Of a DNA stretch of 62,616 nucleotides, positions 1 to 9,983 are shown in pieces. The DNA comes from Hydrurus foetidus. Lineage: Eukaryota. The notes beneath the pieces are model-generated. The model did no database searches, had not been told where the DNA came from, and was given only the letters and a program-made list of their open reading frames with translations. The stretch lies in assembly GCA_900617105.1 (NCBI GenBank), contig UYFQ01000803.1, positions 1 to 62,616 of the forward strand, given 5' to 3'. Made by a program: the position numbers and the translations under genes. Every line of letters starts with the position of its first letter. Positions within the stretch are counted from its first letter, which is position 1.

Positions 1-1636
1 AATATCTCGTGAACCCACACATCAATGCCGAATCCACCGGCAAGTCAGCGCATTGGCATGGATGTCGCCTGGGATTTTGTAATGGCTTGGCGATTTTTGA
101 CCGTGACTGCTCCTGCCCGACACCGGCGGTTGCTATTGATTTCAGTCTGCGCGATTGTGTTGGCGCTGGCGCGTATTTACGCGGTGTTGAGTTGCCCGTA
201 ATGGCGCTCAAACACCGCAAAGGCGGGGTCACTCTGGCCCAGACCCAATACCCAGCGCCCGGCATGCGTAATCATCCGCGCGGCCTTGAACATCAGCTCC
301 TGCATCACCGTCTTGATACGCCGACGTTTGGCTTTGTGGCGCACCGGTGCATCAGGCTCGTTCAAGGTGTTTTGTCCAATCAAGCGCAACAAGTTCATCG
401 CCACAGCAGCAAGTTGGCACACCAAATAGTTGGTGTCGAACTTGCCAGAAGGCAGCCGCTCCAAATCCATATCGGACTTGAACTCCGAATGGAACTGCTC
501 ATGTGTTGCGTGATCGCAGTACAGCGCAATCACCTCTTCGCAGGTGAACTTTTCGGGCAGCGTAGTCGTCCAGCCCTCCAACACATACTCGGGCAACAGC
601 AAGGTGTTGCCATACTTGTCGATGGTGCGCTCGGTGAGCCGATAGACCCTGCGCACCGGATTGAACTGGCTGCCCACACCGGCCAACTTCAAGCCTTCTT
701 GCCAGAGGCATTCGCGCTTACCCGCGCGCGCGCTCACCCACTGCGTGCTGGCCTCAGCCACTCTGTTGGCCGCGATAGTTTCCACCGGCGAGTTGCGCGG
801 GTTCCACTTGATGAGGAATGCAATCTCGCGCTGCAGGGTGGCTGCGTGCGAGGTGACTTCTTGCATCAGCTTGGCCGAACAAAAGCCCGAGTCTGCGCGC
901 ACCAACAATGGCGTGGACACCAGCGCGGCGGCCATCGGCAATGCCCGCTCAAAGTTGTATTCGCTCTCGGATGCCGAATGTTGCACACCAGGGCGCAATG
1001 CCAATTCCAGGCAATAGCCCAGGCTTCCCAAGTACACAGCAAACGGGCAGTAGCCATCAACGCCGGCGTAAGTGCGCCCAACCAGTTCCTTCTTGGTGCC
1101 ACCGTTGTCCATGGCAAAGGTATCCAGATCCACCGGTGTGTAACCACAGGACAATGCACCGAAATCTATTGGCTGCCCATTGATGCGGCTGCTCAGCAGC
1201 AGTTGGTTCATTTGGGGCGCGAGATCGAACCAAGAGGCAGCATGGGTGTCCATGCGTTGGCGCAGCGTGGGGCTCGATGGCACCACACCCAGACCGAGTG
1301 CGCGCATGAAGAAAGCGTTGCCCCGAAAGCTCTCAATCGCATCGAAGTCGCTCTTACCCAAGCACAGCAGGGCAAGATAGGATTTGAGAATATCGCTGTT
1401 GGATGCACCCGAGCGCACGGGGAACTTCGGATCAATCAAGGAATTGACGTTAACGCGCTTGAGGTATTTGCCGATAAAAGCCAGTCCGGCATGGGAACTG
1501 AGATCGTAGGGCAGTTTTTTAATAATGAAGTCGGTCATGTTCGGGTTCACCTACGGGGTGAATCTTACATGCAGGCTAAGTCGTTGATTTCAATAGGGAA
1601 ATCAACATATTTCAACTGCGAAGTCACGGATTCAGG
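1..1636 (-). mobile_element. IS1380 family insertion sequence (distal end probably outside window)
   Basis: Transposase plus candidate left end CCTGAATCCGTGACTT (reverse complement of 1621-1636); matching IR not found in the window. Confidence 0.7.
177..1550 (-). CDS. IS1380 family DDE transposase
   Basis: 457-aa ORF with IS1380-type motifs (LSSHAGL, PSSPTLRQR, DLDTFAMDN..GRTYAGVDGYCP, LVRADSGF, EQFHSEFKSDMDLERLPSGKF). Confidence 0.9.
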   Translation of the reverse strand: MNPNMTDFIIKKLPYDLSSHAGLAFIGKYLKRVNVNSLIDPKFPVRSGASNSDILKSYLALLCLGKSDFDAIESFRGNAFFMRALGLGVVPSSPTLRQRMDTHAASWFDLAPQMNQLLLSSRINGQPIDFGALSCGYTPVDLDTFAMDNGGTKKELVGRTYAGVDGYCPFAVYLGSLGYCLELALRPGVQHSASESEYNFERALPMAAALVSTPLLVRADSGFCSAKLMQEVTSHAATLQREIAFLIKWNPRNSPVETIAANRVAEASTQWVSARAGKRECLWQEGLKLAGVGSQFNPVRRVYRLTERTIDKYGNTLLLPEYVLEGWTTTLPEKFTCEEVIALYCDHATHEQFHSEFKSDMDLERLPSGKFDTNYLVCQLAAVAMNLLRLIGQNTLNEPDAPVRHKAKRRRIKTVMQELMFKAARMITHAGRWVLGLGQSDPAFAVFERHYGQLNTA

Positions 1637-1901
1637 ATGATCACAAAGCAATTCATACAGATAACCTCAATGTGCAAGCGTGTGGTTCTTGCTTTGTAAG
1701 TAGTAGTCGCAGTTTGCAATTCAGCTTAAGTCGTGTCATTTATGCCTCCCAGCATCCGGTTCGGTCGTAGATTTATAACTGAGTTCTCGTTTTATGCCGC
1801 GGGCATCATCGCTTTTGTTTCTGCGATCTCCTACTCTTCTCAAACACCAACTTTGGCGTGGCGGGCTTGGCGGTACTATCTCCGTACACTCAAGGGACAA
1901 T

Positions 1902-2582
1902 ATGCAACTTCCATTCGAACCGACTCGATCTTTCTGCTACCAGTTCGGACGTTATACGGTTCTTGCGGAGGTGCAGCTTATGTCCGAGGTGACCAGTGGC
2001 GGCGAGTTTCGCCTCACTGATTTGGCGCAGCGCGTTATGGATAGATACCTTACGCAAGAGCAACAGCAGATCAGGGTTAAGAAGGCGCAATCTGATCGGT
2101 TGGAACCTATTCACTCCATCGTGAAGTTTTTCGTCTCGTTCATCGCGAAGGAGCAAAAGCTCTTTGTCAGGATTGGCGAAGGTGTTTTTCGCTCGGAGAC
2201 GGCCGAGGATATTTCGGACGTCGAATTGGAAGAATCTGCGTTGGCGGATGGAGATGAAGAGGCAGCTGAATTTGAGGGCTGGATTTACGCGTTTAGCTTT
2301 CCCGCGCTGGTTAAAGCCAATGAGGTTTTTCCGATCAAGATTGGAAAAACAATCCGTGATGTAGAAGAGCGAGTCATACAACAGTGCAAGGGCTCCGCTA
2401 TGTTTGACAATCCTGTGATTCTTGGACGTTGGCAAGTGAAGCGTGTGGGACCTACGGAACTCGCTGCGCACAACGTTCTGAAAGCCCGAGGAAAATGGCG
2501 AGAAAATGTACCTAGCGTTGAGTGGTTCAACACAACAGTTGCAGAAATTCAGTCCATCATTGACTTCGTAAGTAAGTCATAG
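1902..2582 (+). CDS. GIY-YIG superfamily nuclease, T5orf172/MUG113-like C-terminal domain
   Basis: ATG 1902 after AAGGGA RBS; C-terminal GWIYAF..IKIGKT.RDVEER..E..AH..L..EWF pattern; unrecognised N-terminal ~120 aa and acidic linker. Confidence 0.75.
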   Translation: MQLPFEPTRSFCYQFGRYTVLAEVQLMSEVTSGGEFRLTDLAQRVMDRYLTQEQQQIRVKKAQSDRLEPIHSIVKFFVSFIAKEQKLFVRIGEGVFRSETAEDISDVELEESALADGDEEAAEFEGWIYAFSFPALVKANEVFPIKIGKTIRDVEERVIQQCKGSAMFDNPVILGRWQVKRVGPTELAAHNVLKARGKWRENVPSVEWFNTTVAEIQSIIDFVSKS

Positions 2583-2788
2583 CAAGTCACTGAAGGCAGG
2601 TGGTTCGGGTGTCCGTTCGCAGGCCCTCATTCGCGGTTGCCACAGAGTCAGCGCACCAACCAACTCCTTCACGACACAAAGCAAGCAAACCCAAAACAGC
2701 CGCCCGCGAGCAAGGCCGGAGAACGGATACCCGGGCCGCCTGCCCCGCCCACACGGCAGAGCGAAACCCGCAACAACCCAACCAAGAC

Positions 2789-2843
2789 ACTACAAAAACA
2801 ATAGCTGCTGGCGCAATGTCTACGCGGGCTAGACAGCAATTTA
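2789..2843 (+). repeat. 55-bp interspersed repeat, copy A (intergenic, overlaps Crp/Fnr stop)
   Basis: ACTACAAAAACAATAGCTGCTGGCGCAATGTCTACGCGGGCTAGACAGCAATTTA aligns without gaps to 12805-12859 and 60660-60714. Confidence 0.8.
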
Positions 2844-3554
2844 ACGTGTAAACACCCGAGACCGCAGCGCCTGCAAGTCCAGCACCCGCAAGCCCCCATA
2901 TTCCACACGAATGAAGGCCTGCGCTTCCAGCGCGTTCAGCGCCTCGTTCACGCGTTGGCGTGACAGGCCCACCAGGTAGGCCAGCTCCTGCTGGGTGATG
3001 CGCAACACCTCGCCCACGCCGGGGTACAGCACGGGGTTGAAGAGCGATGCCAGGCTGCGGGCCACGCGGATGTCGGGGTTGGTCATGCGGTCGATCTCGC
3101 GCGCGGCGATGAATTGGCCCAGGCGTTCGTTGAGCTGGTTCATCACAAAGCGGTTGAAACCAATCGAATGGTCCAGCAGCCAGTGGAAGGTGTCCACATG
3201 CAGGCCCGCCACCAGGCTCTTGCGCAGCGCCTGGATGTTGTAGCGGTAGGTCTCGCGCTTCAGCGCTGTGCCTTCGCCAAACCAGCCGCCGGGTGGCACA
3301 CCGGTGAAAGTCATGGTCTGGCCCTCGGCGTTGTCGGCGCTCATCTTCAGCAGGCCGTCCACTACGCCAAACCAATAGGTCACCGGGCGGCCCATGCGGC
3401 ACAGGTATTCACCCGGCGCAGCCTCGGCAATGCGCAGGTCATCCACAGCGCGCTGGCGCTCGTCGGGCAGCAGCACTTGCAGCCACGGAATGGCTGCCAG
3501 CTCGGCTTCGGTAAGCGGGCGGCGGCGTTGGTGCAGGCTGGTATCGGTGGTCAT
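2841..3554 (-). CDS. Crp/Fnr family transcriptional regulator
   Basis: cNMP-binding fold (GWFGEG..R) and C-terminal HTH (ITQQELAYLVGLSRQRVNEAL); start reset to MTTDT at 3554. Confidence 0.92.
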   Translation of the reverse strand: MTTDTSLHQRRRPLTEAELAAIPWLQVLLPDERQRAVDDLRIAEAAPGEYLCRMGRPVTYWFGVVDGLLKMSADNAEGQTMTFTGVPPGGWFGEGTALKRETYRYNIQALRKSLVAGLHVDTFHWLLDHSIGFNRFVMNQLNERLGQFIAAREIDRMTNPDIRVARSLASLFNPVLYPGVGEVLRITQQELAYLVGLSRQRVNEALNALEAQAFIRVEYGGLRVLDLQALRSRVFTR

Positions 3555-3614
3555 GGGCAGGGCCTGTAAGTTGCCAATAAGCGAAGGGAAAACACCTACC
3601 GAGAAATGTGTGAA

Positions 3615-3632
3615 TTGTCGTCCAAACGACAA
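3615..3632. promoter_or_regulatory. Palindromic operator, probable site of the adjacent Crp/Fnr regulator
   Basis: TTGTCGT-CCAA-ACGACAA perfect inverted repeat with CRP-like TGTCG-N6-CGACA geometry in the divergent promoter region. Confidence 0.65.
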
Positions 3633-3716
3633 CTTGGCGTCAAACCCGGTCCTACCATTCGCCCCATACCAAAGGCCGCGTCGCACAGGTGACCGGCCAT
3701 AACGAGGTGACACGCC

Positions 3717-5669
3717 ATGGGTACGCACACAACATTTCCGCAGCTGCTGCTGCAGCACGCCAGCCAGCGCCCGCAGGCGCCAGCCATGCGTGAAAAGGAA
3801 TACGGAATCTGGCAGGCGCTGACCTGGTCGGGCTTGGCGCAGATGGTGGAGCAGATTGCTGCGGGCCTGCACCAGGCCGGCCTGCGGCGCGACGACCACA
3901 TGGTGGTAGTGGGCGCCAACCGCCCGCGCCTGTACGCCACCATGCTGGCCGCGCAAAGCCTGGGCGCCGTGCCGATTCCGTTGTACCAGGACGCCGCCGC
4001 GGCCGAGTGCGTGTTCCCCATCAACAACGCCGAGGTGCGCTTTGCCTTTGCCGAAGACCAGGAGCAGGTCGACAAGCTGCTGGAAGTGCGCACCCAGTGC
4101 CCGCTGTTGACCCACATTTATTTTGATGACCCGCGCGGCCTGCGCCACTACGAGGAGCCGGGGCTGGTGTCGATGGACGCGCTGCAGGCTGCCGGCAAGG
4201 CCTTTGCCACGGCACACCCCAACTTCTTCAAAGCCGAGGTGGCCAAGATTGCGCACACCGATGTGGCGGCGATGTTCTTCACCTCCGGCACCACGGGCAA
4301 CCCCAAGGGCGTGGTGCACACACACGACTCGCTGTTGAACCGCGCCCGTGCCGGTGCGGAGTTTGACAAGCTGACGTGCAACGAAGAGGTGCTGGCCTAT
4401 TTGCCTCCAGCGTGGATTGGACAAAACATCTTTAGCTACGCGCAGTGGCTGTCGTGCGGCTACGTGGTGAACTGCCCTGAGAGCAGCGCCACCGCCACCA
4501 TCGACTTGAAGGAGATTGGCCCCACCTACTACTTTGCGCCGCCGCGCGTGTTTGAAGGCCTGCTGACCAGCGTGATGATTCGCATGGAAGACGCGGGCGC
4601 CATCAAGCGCACCATGTTCCATTACTTCATGGGCGTGGCCAAAAAGGTAGGCCCCGCGCTGATGGACGGCCTGCCCGTGTCGGCGGCCGACCGCGCGCTC
4701 TATGCGCTGGGCAATGTGCTGGTCTATGGCCCGCTGCGCAACACGCTAGGCTTTAGCCGCGTGCGCGTGGCCTACACGGCGGGCGAGGCCATTGGCCCGG
4801 ACCTGTTCACCTTTTACCGCTCCATTGGCATCAACCTCAAGCAGCTCTATGGCTCGACCGAGACCGCGGTGTTTGTGTGCCTGCAGCCCGACAACCAGGC
4901 GCGCGCCGACACGGTGGGCGTACCCTGCGAGGGCGTGGAGATCAAGGTGGCCGACAACGGCGAGATCTTGATCAAGTCGCCCGGCCTGTTCACCGCCTAC
5001 TACAAAAACCCCGCCGCCACGGCCGAGGTGCTGACGGCCGACGGCTGGTACCACTCCAGCGATGCGGGCTTTATCGACGCGCAGGGCCACCTGAAGATCA
5101 TTGACCGCGTGAAAGACGTGGGTCGCATCCAGGGCGGCGCGAATGACGGCGCGATGTTTGCGCCCAAATACGTGGAGAACAAGCTCAAGTTCTTCCCGCA
5201 CATCAAGGAAGTGGTGGCCTACGGCGATGGCCGCGCGCAGGTGTGCGTGCTCATCAACATCGATTTCGACGCCGTGGGCAACTGGGCCGAGCGCCGCAAT
5301 TTGCCCTATGCGGGCTACACCGACCTGGCGCAAAAGCCCGAGGTCTACCAGCTCATCAAGGAATGTGTGGAGAAGGTGAATGCCGACCTGAGCGCGGACG
5401 CGCTCTTGGCGGGCAGCCAGGTGAGCCGCTTCCTCGTCTTGCACAAAGAGCTGGACGCCGACGACGGCGAACTCACGCGAACCAACAAGGTGCGCCGCGG
5501 CTTCATTGCCGAGAAATACGACGTGCTGGTGGACGCGCTGTACAGCGGCAAAACCAGCCAGTTCATTGAAACCCAGGTCAAGTTTGAAGACGGGCGCACC
5601 GGCAGCGTAAGCGCCACGCTGCGCATCGACGATGCAAAAACATTCGCACCCGTGAAGGCAGCGGCATGA
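3717..5669 (+). CDS. Long-chain acyl-CoA ligase (AMP-binding)
   Basis: FTSGTTGNPKG, YGSTE, GWYHSSDAG, ELTRTNKVRR motifs. Confidence 0.92.
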   Translation: MGTHTTFPQLLLQHASQRPQAPAMREKEYGIWQALTWSGLAQMVEQIAAGLHQAGLRRDDHMVVVGANRPRLYATMLAAQSLGAVPIPLYQDAAAAECVFPINNAEVRFAFAEDQEQVDKLLEVRTQCPLLTHIYFDDPRGLRHYEEPGLVSMDALQAAGKAFATAHPNFFKAEVAKIAHTDVAAMFFTSGTTGNPKGVVHTHDSLLNRARAGAEFDKLTCNEEVLAYLPPAWIGQNIFSYAQWLSCGYVVNCPESSATATIDLKEIGPTYYFAPPRVFEGLLTSVMIRMEDAGAIKRTMFHYFMGVAKKVGPALMDGLPVSAADRALYALGNVLVYGPLRNTLGFSRVRVAYTAGEAIGPDLFTFYRSIGINLKQLYGSTETAVFVCLQPDNQARADTVGVPCEGVEIKVADNGEILIKSPGLFTAYYKNPAATAEVLTADGWYHSSDAGFIDAQGHLKIIDRVKDVGRIQGGANDGAMFAPKYVENKLKFFPHIKEVVAYGDGRAQVCVLINIDFDAVGNWAERRNLPYAGYTDLAQKPEVYQLIKECVEKVNADLSADALLAGSQVSRFLVLHKELDADDGELTRTNKVRRGFIAEKYDVLVDALYSGKTSQFIETQVKFEDGRTGSVSATLRIDDAKTFAPVKAAA

Positions 5670-5730
5670 GCGCCGCGCTGGGCCGCCCCAAGCAAGCTCG
5701 CACCGCAGTGCGGAGCACGGAGGTTAGTGA
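5666..5730 (+). repeat. Small hairpin-containing insertion at a gene junction
   Basis: Bounded by ATGA and GTGA, contains hairpin GCTCGCAC-CGCA-GTGCGGAGC and GGAGG RBS; single copy in the window. Confidence 0.45.
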
Positions 5731-6509
5731 CCAAGAAAATAGGCGACGTCATTCTGGACGTGAACAATATCTCGCTGCGTTTTGGTGGCGTGAAGGCGCT
5801 GACCGACATCAGCTTCAATGTGCGCGAGCACGAGATCCGCGCCATCATCGGCCCCAATGGCGCGGGCAAAAGTTCGATGCTGAATTGCATCAACGGTGTG
5901 TATGCGCCGCAAGAGGGCTCCATCAGTTTTCGGGGCCAAACGTTCAAGCACATGAACAGCCACCAGGTGGCCGTGATGGGCGTGGCGCGCACCTTCCAAA
6001 ACCTGGCGCTGTTCAAGGGCATGAGCGTGCTGGACAACATCATGTCCGGCCGCAACCTGAAGATCAAAAGCAACATCCTGCTGCAGGCGCTGCGCTGGGG
6101 CCCGGCCGAGCGCGAAGAGATTCAGCACCGCGAGGCGGTGGAACGCATCATCGATTTCCTGGAAATCCAGGCCTTCCGCAAGACGCCCGTGGGCCAACTG
6201 CCTTATGGCCTGCAAAAGCGCGTGGACCTGGGCCGTGCACTGGCCATGGAGCCGCAGGTGCTGCTGCTGGACGAACCCATGGCCGGCATGAACGTGGAAG
6301 AGAAGCAGGACATGTGCCGCTTTGTGCTGGACGTGAACGACGAATTCGGCACCACGGTGGTGTTGATCGAGCACGACATGGGCGTGGTGATGGACATCAG
6401 CGACCGCGTGGTGGTGCTGGACTACGGCAAGAAGATTGGCGACGGCACGCCCGACGAGGTGCGTAACAACCCCGATGTGATCAGCGCTTACCTGGGGACT
6501 TCTCACTAA
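5727..6509 (+). CDS. ABC transporter ATP-binding protein (LivG-like)
   Basis: Walker A GPNGAGKSS, LPYGLQKR signature, LLLDEP. Confidence 0.93.
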   Translation: MTKKIGDVILDVNNISLRFGGVKALTDISFNVREHEIRAIIGPNGAGKSSMLNCINGVYAPQEGSISFRGQTFKHMNSHQVAVMGVARTFQNLALFKGMSVLDNIMSGRNLKIKSNILLQALRWGPAEREEIQHREAVERIIDFLEIQAFRKTPVGQLPYGLQKRVDLGRALAMEPQVLLLDEPMAGMNVEEKQDMCRFVLDVNDEFGTTVVLIEHDMGVVMDISDRVVVLDYGKKIGDGTPDEVRNNPDVISAYLGTSH

Positions 6510-7438
6510 TGGCATTCTTTCTCGAAACCCTGTTGGGTGGGCTCATGGCCGGCATGCTGTATTCGCTCGTCGCCTTGGGCTTTGTGTTGATTTACAAGGC
6601 ATCCGGCGTGTTCAACTTTGCGCAGGGGGCGATGGTGCTGTTTGCCGCGCTGGCAATGGCACGGCTGGCCGAGTGGGTGCCGCAGTACCTGGGCATTGCC
6701 AACCCATTCGCCGCCAATGTGCTGGCTTTCATGTGCGCGGGCGTGGTCATGTTTGTGGTGGCCTGGGTCGTCGAGCGTCTGGTGCTGCGACACCTGGTCA
6801 ACCAGGAAGGCACGACGCTACTGATGGCCACGTTGGGCATTACCTATTTTCTGGAAGGTGCGGGCCAAACGCTGTTTGGCAGCAATGTCTACAAGATCGA
6901 CATTGGCATGCCCAAAGACCCGGTGATGATTCTGCAGAGCACGTTTGACGGTGGCATTCTCATCAACAAGGAAGACTTGTACGCCGCACTGATTGCCGCT
7001 GCATTGGTGGCCCTGCTCAGCGTGTTCTTCCAGAAGACCGCTACGGGCCGGGCGCTGCGCGCGGTGGCGGACGACCACCAGGCCGCGCAAAGCATTGGCA
7101 TTCCGCTGAACCGCATCTGGGTCATCGTCTGGTGCGTGGCCGGCGTCGTTGCGCTGGTGGCCGGAATGATCTGGGGTAGCAAGTTGGGGGTGCAGTTTTC
7201 ATTGACGACCGTGGCGCTGCGGGCGCTGCCCGTCGTCATTCTGGGCGGTCTGACCTCGGTGCCCGGCGCCATTGTGGGCGGCTTGATCATTGGCGTGGGC
7301 GAGAAGCTGTCCGAGGTGTACCTGGGCCCCTATGTGGGCGGTGGCATCGAAATCTGGTTTGCCTATGTGCTGGCGCTGGGCTTCCTGCTGATCCGTCCAC
7401 AAGGCCTCTTCGGCGAAAAAATTATTGACCGCGTTTGA
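6509..7438 (+). CDS. Branched-chain amino acid-type ABC permease (LivH-like)
   Basis: Hydrophobic; GVFNFAQG and TGRALRAVADD motifs. Confidence 0.92.
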   Translation: MAFFLETLLGGLMAGMLYSLVALGFVLIYKASGVFNFAQGAMVLFAALAMARLAEWVPQYLGIANPFAANVLAFMCAGVVMFVVAWVVERLVLRHLVNQEGTTLLMATLGITYFLEGAGQTLFGSNVYKIDIGMPKDPVMILQSTFDGGILINKEDLYAALIAAALVALLSVFFQKTATGRALRAVADDHQAAQSIGIPLNRIWVIVWCVAGVVALVAGMIWGSKLGVQFSLTTVALRALPVVILGGLTSVPGAIVGGLIIGVGEKLSEVYLGPYVGGGIEIWFAYVLALGFLLIRPQGLFGEKIIDRV

Positions 7439-7471
7439 TCCTTCGACACGCTCAGGACTATCGGAAAAAAC

Positions 7472-8548
7472 ATGTTCTACAGAGAAAACGGCCAATTCAA
7501 AACCAGCTACGCGGCGGACCAGCAGATATTCCCCATCCTGCAGGACCGCATCGCATTTCTGGCCACACTGGTCATCGCTTTTGCGGTGGTACCCGCGCTG
7601 GCCAATGCGTACTGGTTGACCAACATCCTGATCCCCTTTCTAATCTTCTCGCTGGCCGCCATCGGGGTGAATATTTTGGTGGGTTACTGCGGGCAAATCT
7701 CGCTGGGCTCTGGGGCGTTCATGGCGGTGGGCGCGTACAGCGCCTACAACTTCATGGTGCGCATTGACGGCATGCCGCTGGTGCTGGCGCTGATCTTGGG
7801 TGGTGTGTGCGCGATGCTGTTTGGCATTGTGTTCGGCCTGCCCAGCTTGCGCGTCAAGGGCCTGTATCTGGCGGTGGCTACATTGGCTGCGCAGTTTTTT
7901 GCGGACTGGATGTTTCTGCGTATTCAGTGGTTCACCAACTACTCCGTGTCGGGCTCGGTGGCGGTGTCCAACCTGCAGGTCTTTGGCTTTCCGCTGGAAA
8001 GCCCGGTGTCCAAATACCTGTTTTGTTTGAGCCTGCTGGCGGTGATTGCGCTGATGGCCAAGAATCTGGTGCGCGGCGCGGTGGGCCGTGAGTGGATGGC
8101 GATCCGCGACATGGATGTGGCGGCCGCTGTCATCGGCATTCGCCCGATGTACGCCAAGCTGACCGCCTTTGCGGTCAGCTCCTTCATCGTGGGTGTGGCC
8201 GGCGCGCTGTGGGCCTTCATTTACCTGGGCGCGTGGGAGCCGGCAGCCTTCTCGGTGGACCAGTCGTTTCGGCTGCTGTTCATGGTCATCATCGGCGGCA
8301 TGGGCTCGCTCATGGGCAGCTACTTTGGTGCGGCATTCATCGTGCTGCTACCTATTTTTCTGACACAGTTTTTGCCCTTTGCCATTGGCTTGGTGGGGCT
8401 GGAGATTTCCACAGCGGGCATGTCCCATGCCGAGTTGATGGTGTTTGGCGGCCTGATTGTGTGGTTCCTGATCGTGGAACCGCATGGCTTGGCCAAGCTG
8501 TGGTCGATAGGCAAGCAAAAGCTGCGGCTGTGGCCCTTCCCACATTGA
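7472..8548 (+). CDS. Branched-chain amino acid-type ABC permease (LivM-like)
   Basis: GYCGQISLG, LRVKGLYLAVATLA, GREWMAIRD motifs. Confidence 0.92.
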   Translation: MFYRENGQFKTSYAADQQIFPILQDRIAFLATLVIAFAVVPALANAYWLTNILIPFLIFSLAAIGVNILVGYCGQISLGSGAFMAVGAYSAYNFMVRIDGMPLVLALILGGVCAMLFGIVFGLPSLRVKGLYLAVATLAAQFFADWMFLRIQWFTNYSVSGSVAVSNLQVFGFPLESPVSKYLFCLSLLAVIALMAKNLVRGAVGREWMAIRDMDVAAAVIGIRPMYAKLTAFAVSSFIVGVAGALWAFIYLGAWEPAAFSVDQSFRLLFMVIIGGMGSLMGSYFGAAFIVLLPIFLTQFLPFAIGLVGLEISTAGMSHAELMVFGGLIVWFLIVEPHGLAKLWSIGKQKLRLWPFPH

Positions 8549-8600
8549 ACCCGCATAAACGGTTTTTCTGTAGTGCTTGTTCCAACTTTTGGAGAGACAA

Positions 8601-9934
8601 ATGAAGCTTCGTAATCTCGGCGTTGCCGCCGTGGTGGCTGCAGGTGCATCGTCACTCGTGACGACCAGCGCCTACGCGCAAGCCAAAGAGCAGTTTTTCC
8701 CCGTGCTGTCGTACCGCACCGGCCCCTACGCGCCCAACGGTGTGCCTTGGGCCAACGGCTATGTGGACTACCTCAAGCTGACCAATGCCCGTGGTGGTAT
8801 CAACGGCGTGAAAATTTCGTTTGAAGAGTGCGAAACCGGCTACGACACGGCCCGCAGCGTAGAGTGCTACGAGCGCCTGAAGGGCAAGGGCACCACGCTG
8901 GTACAGCCGCTTTCCACTGGTGCCACCTTCGCCATCACCGAAAAAGCCCCTGCCGACAAAATCTCCGTGGTCACCGTGGGCTATGGCCGCAGTGAAAGTG
9001 CCGACGGCGCGGTCTTCAAATGGAACTTCCCCATAGCTGGCACCTACTGGGTGGCGGCTGACACGATCTTGCAAGCCATTGCCAAAAAAGAAGGCGGCTG
9101 GGACAAACTGAAAGGCAAAAAGATCGCGCTGGTCTACCACGACAGCCCGTTTGGCAAAGAGCCTATCCCGCTGATGCAAGAGCGCGCCAAGATGCACGGG
9201 TTTGAGTTGCAAATGCTGCCTGTGACGGCCCCTGGCGTTGAACAAAAAGCCACCTGGTTGCAAGTGCGCCAAAGCAAGCCCGATTACACCGTGCTGTGGG
9301 GCTGGGGCGTGATGAACTCCACCGCCATCAAAGAAGCGCAAGCCACCGGCTACCCGCGCGAAAAGATGTACGGCGTATGGTGGGCCGGTGCTGAGCCCGA
9401 CGTGAAAGACGTGGCTGACGGCGCCAAGGGCTACAACGCCGTCACCTTGCAGCACGGTGCGGAGCCGAACTCCAAGGTGGTGAAAGACGTGATGACGCTG
9501 GTGCATGACAAAGGCCAGGGCACCGGGCCCAAAGACGAAGTAGGCCAAGTGCTGTACCTGCGCGGTGCCATGAGCGCCATGCTGGCCGTGGAAGGCGTGC
9601 GGGCAGCGCAAGAGCGCTACGGCAAAGGCAAAGTCATGGACGGCGACCAAGTGCGTTGGGGTCTGGAGAATTTGAACCTCACGCAAGCCAAGCTCGACAC
9701 CTTGGGCTTTGCCGGTGTGATGCGCCCCATCAGCACCTCGTGTACCGACCACATGGGCGCGTCATGGGCACGCATCCACACGTGGGACGGCAAGGCCTGG
9801 AAGTTCACCTCGGATTGGTTGCAAGGCGATGAGCAGGTCATCAAGCCCTTGGTGAAAGCCACCGCAGCCAAGTACGCGGCAGACAAGAAGCTGACACCGC
9901 GCACCCGGCGGATTGCCAGTCTAAACCGTCTTAA
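8601..9934 (+). CDS. ABC substrate-binding protein (Liv/Peripla_BP_6 type); apparent 1-nt deletion near 3' end
   Basis: Signal peptide MKLRNLGVAAVV..AYA after GGAGA RBS; adding one C at 9904-9906 gives the end TPADCQSKPS-stop at 9932-9934. Confidence 0.85.
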
Positions 9935-9983
9935 CCCGCAAGGGCTGTACCAGCCCGCAGGCCACGCGATTGTAAAGGCAAAC

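Noticed and set aside
9..1640. 543-aa plus-strand ORF
   Set aside because: Antisense shadow of the IS1380 transposase; no recognisable motifs
2583..2788. Possible ncRNA or tRNA fragment at the island edge
   Set aside because: GC-rich with short stems but no cloverleaf or family motif I can support
3555..4622. Long N-terminal extension of the Crp/Fnr ORF
   Set aside because: Overlaps the ligase on the opposite strand; the regulator domain starts at 3554
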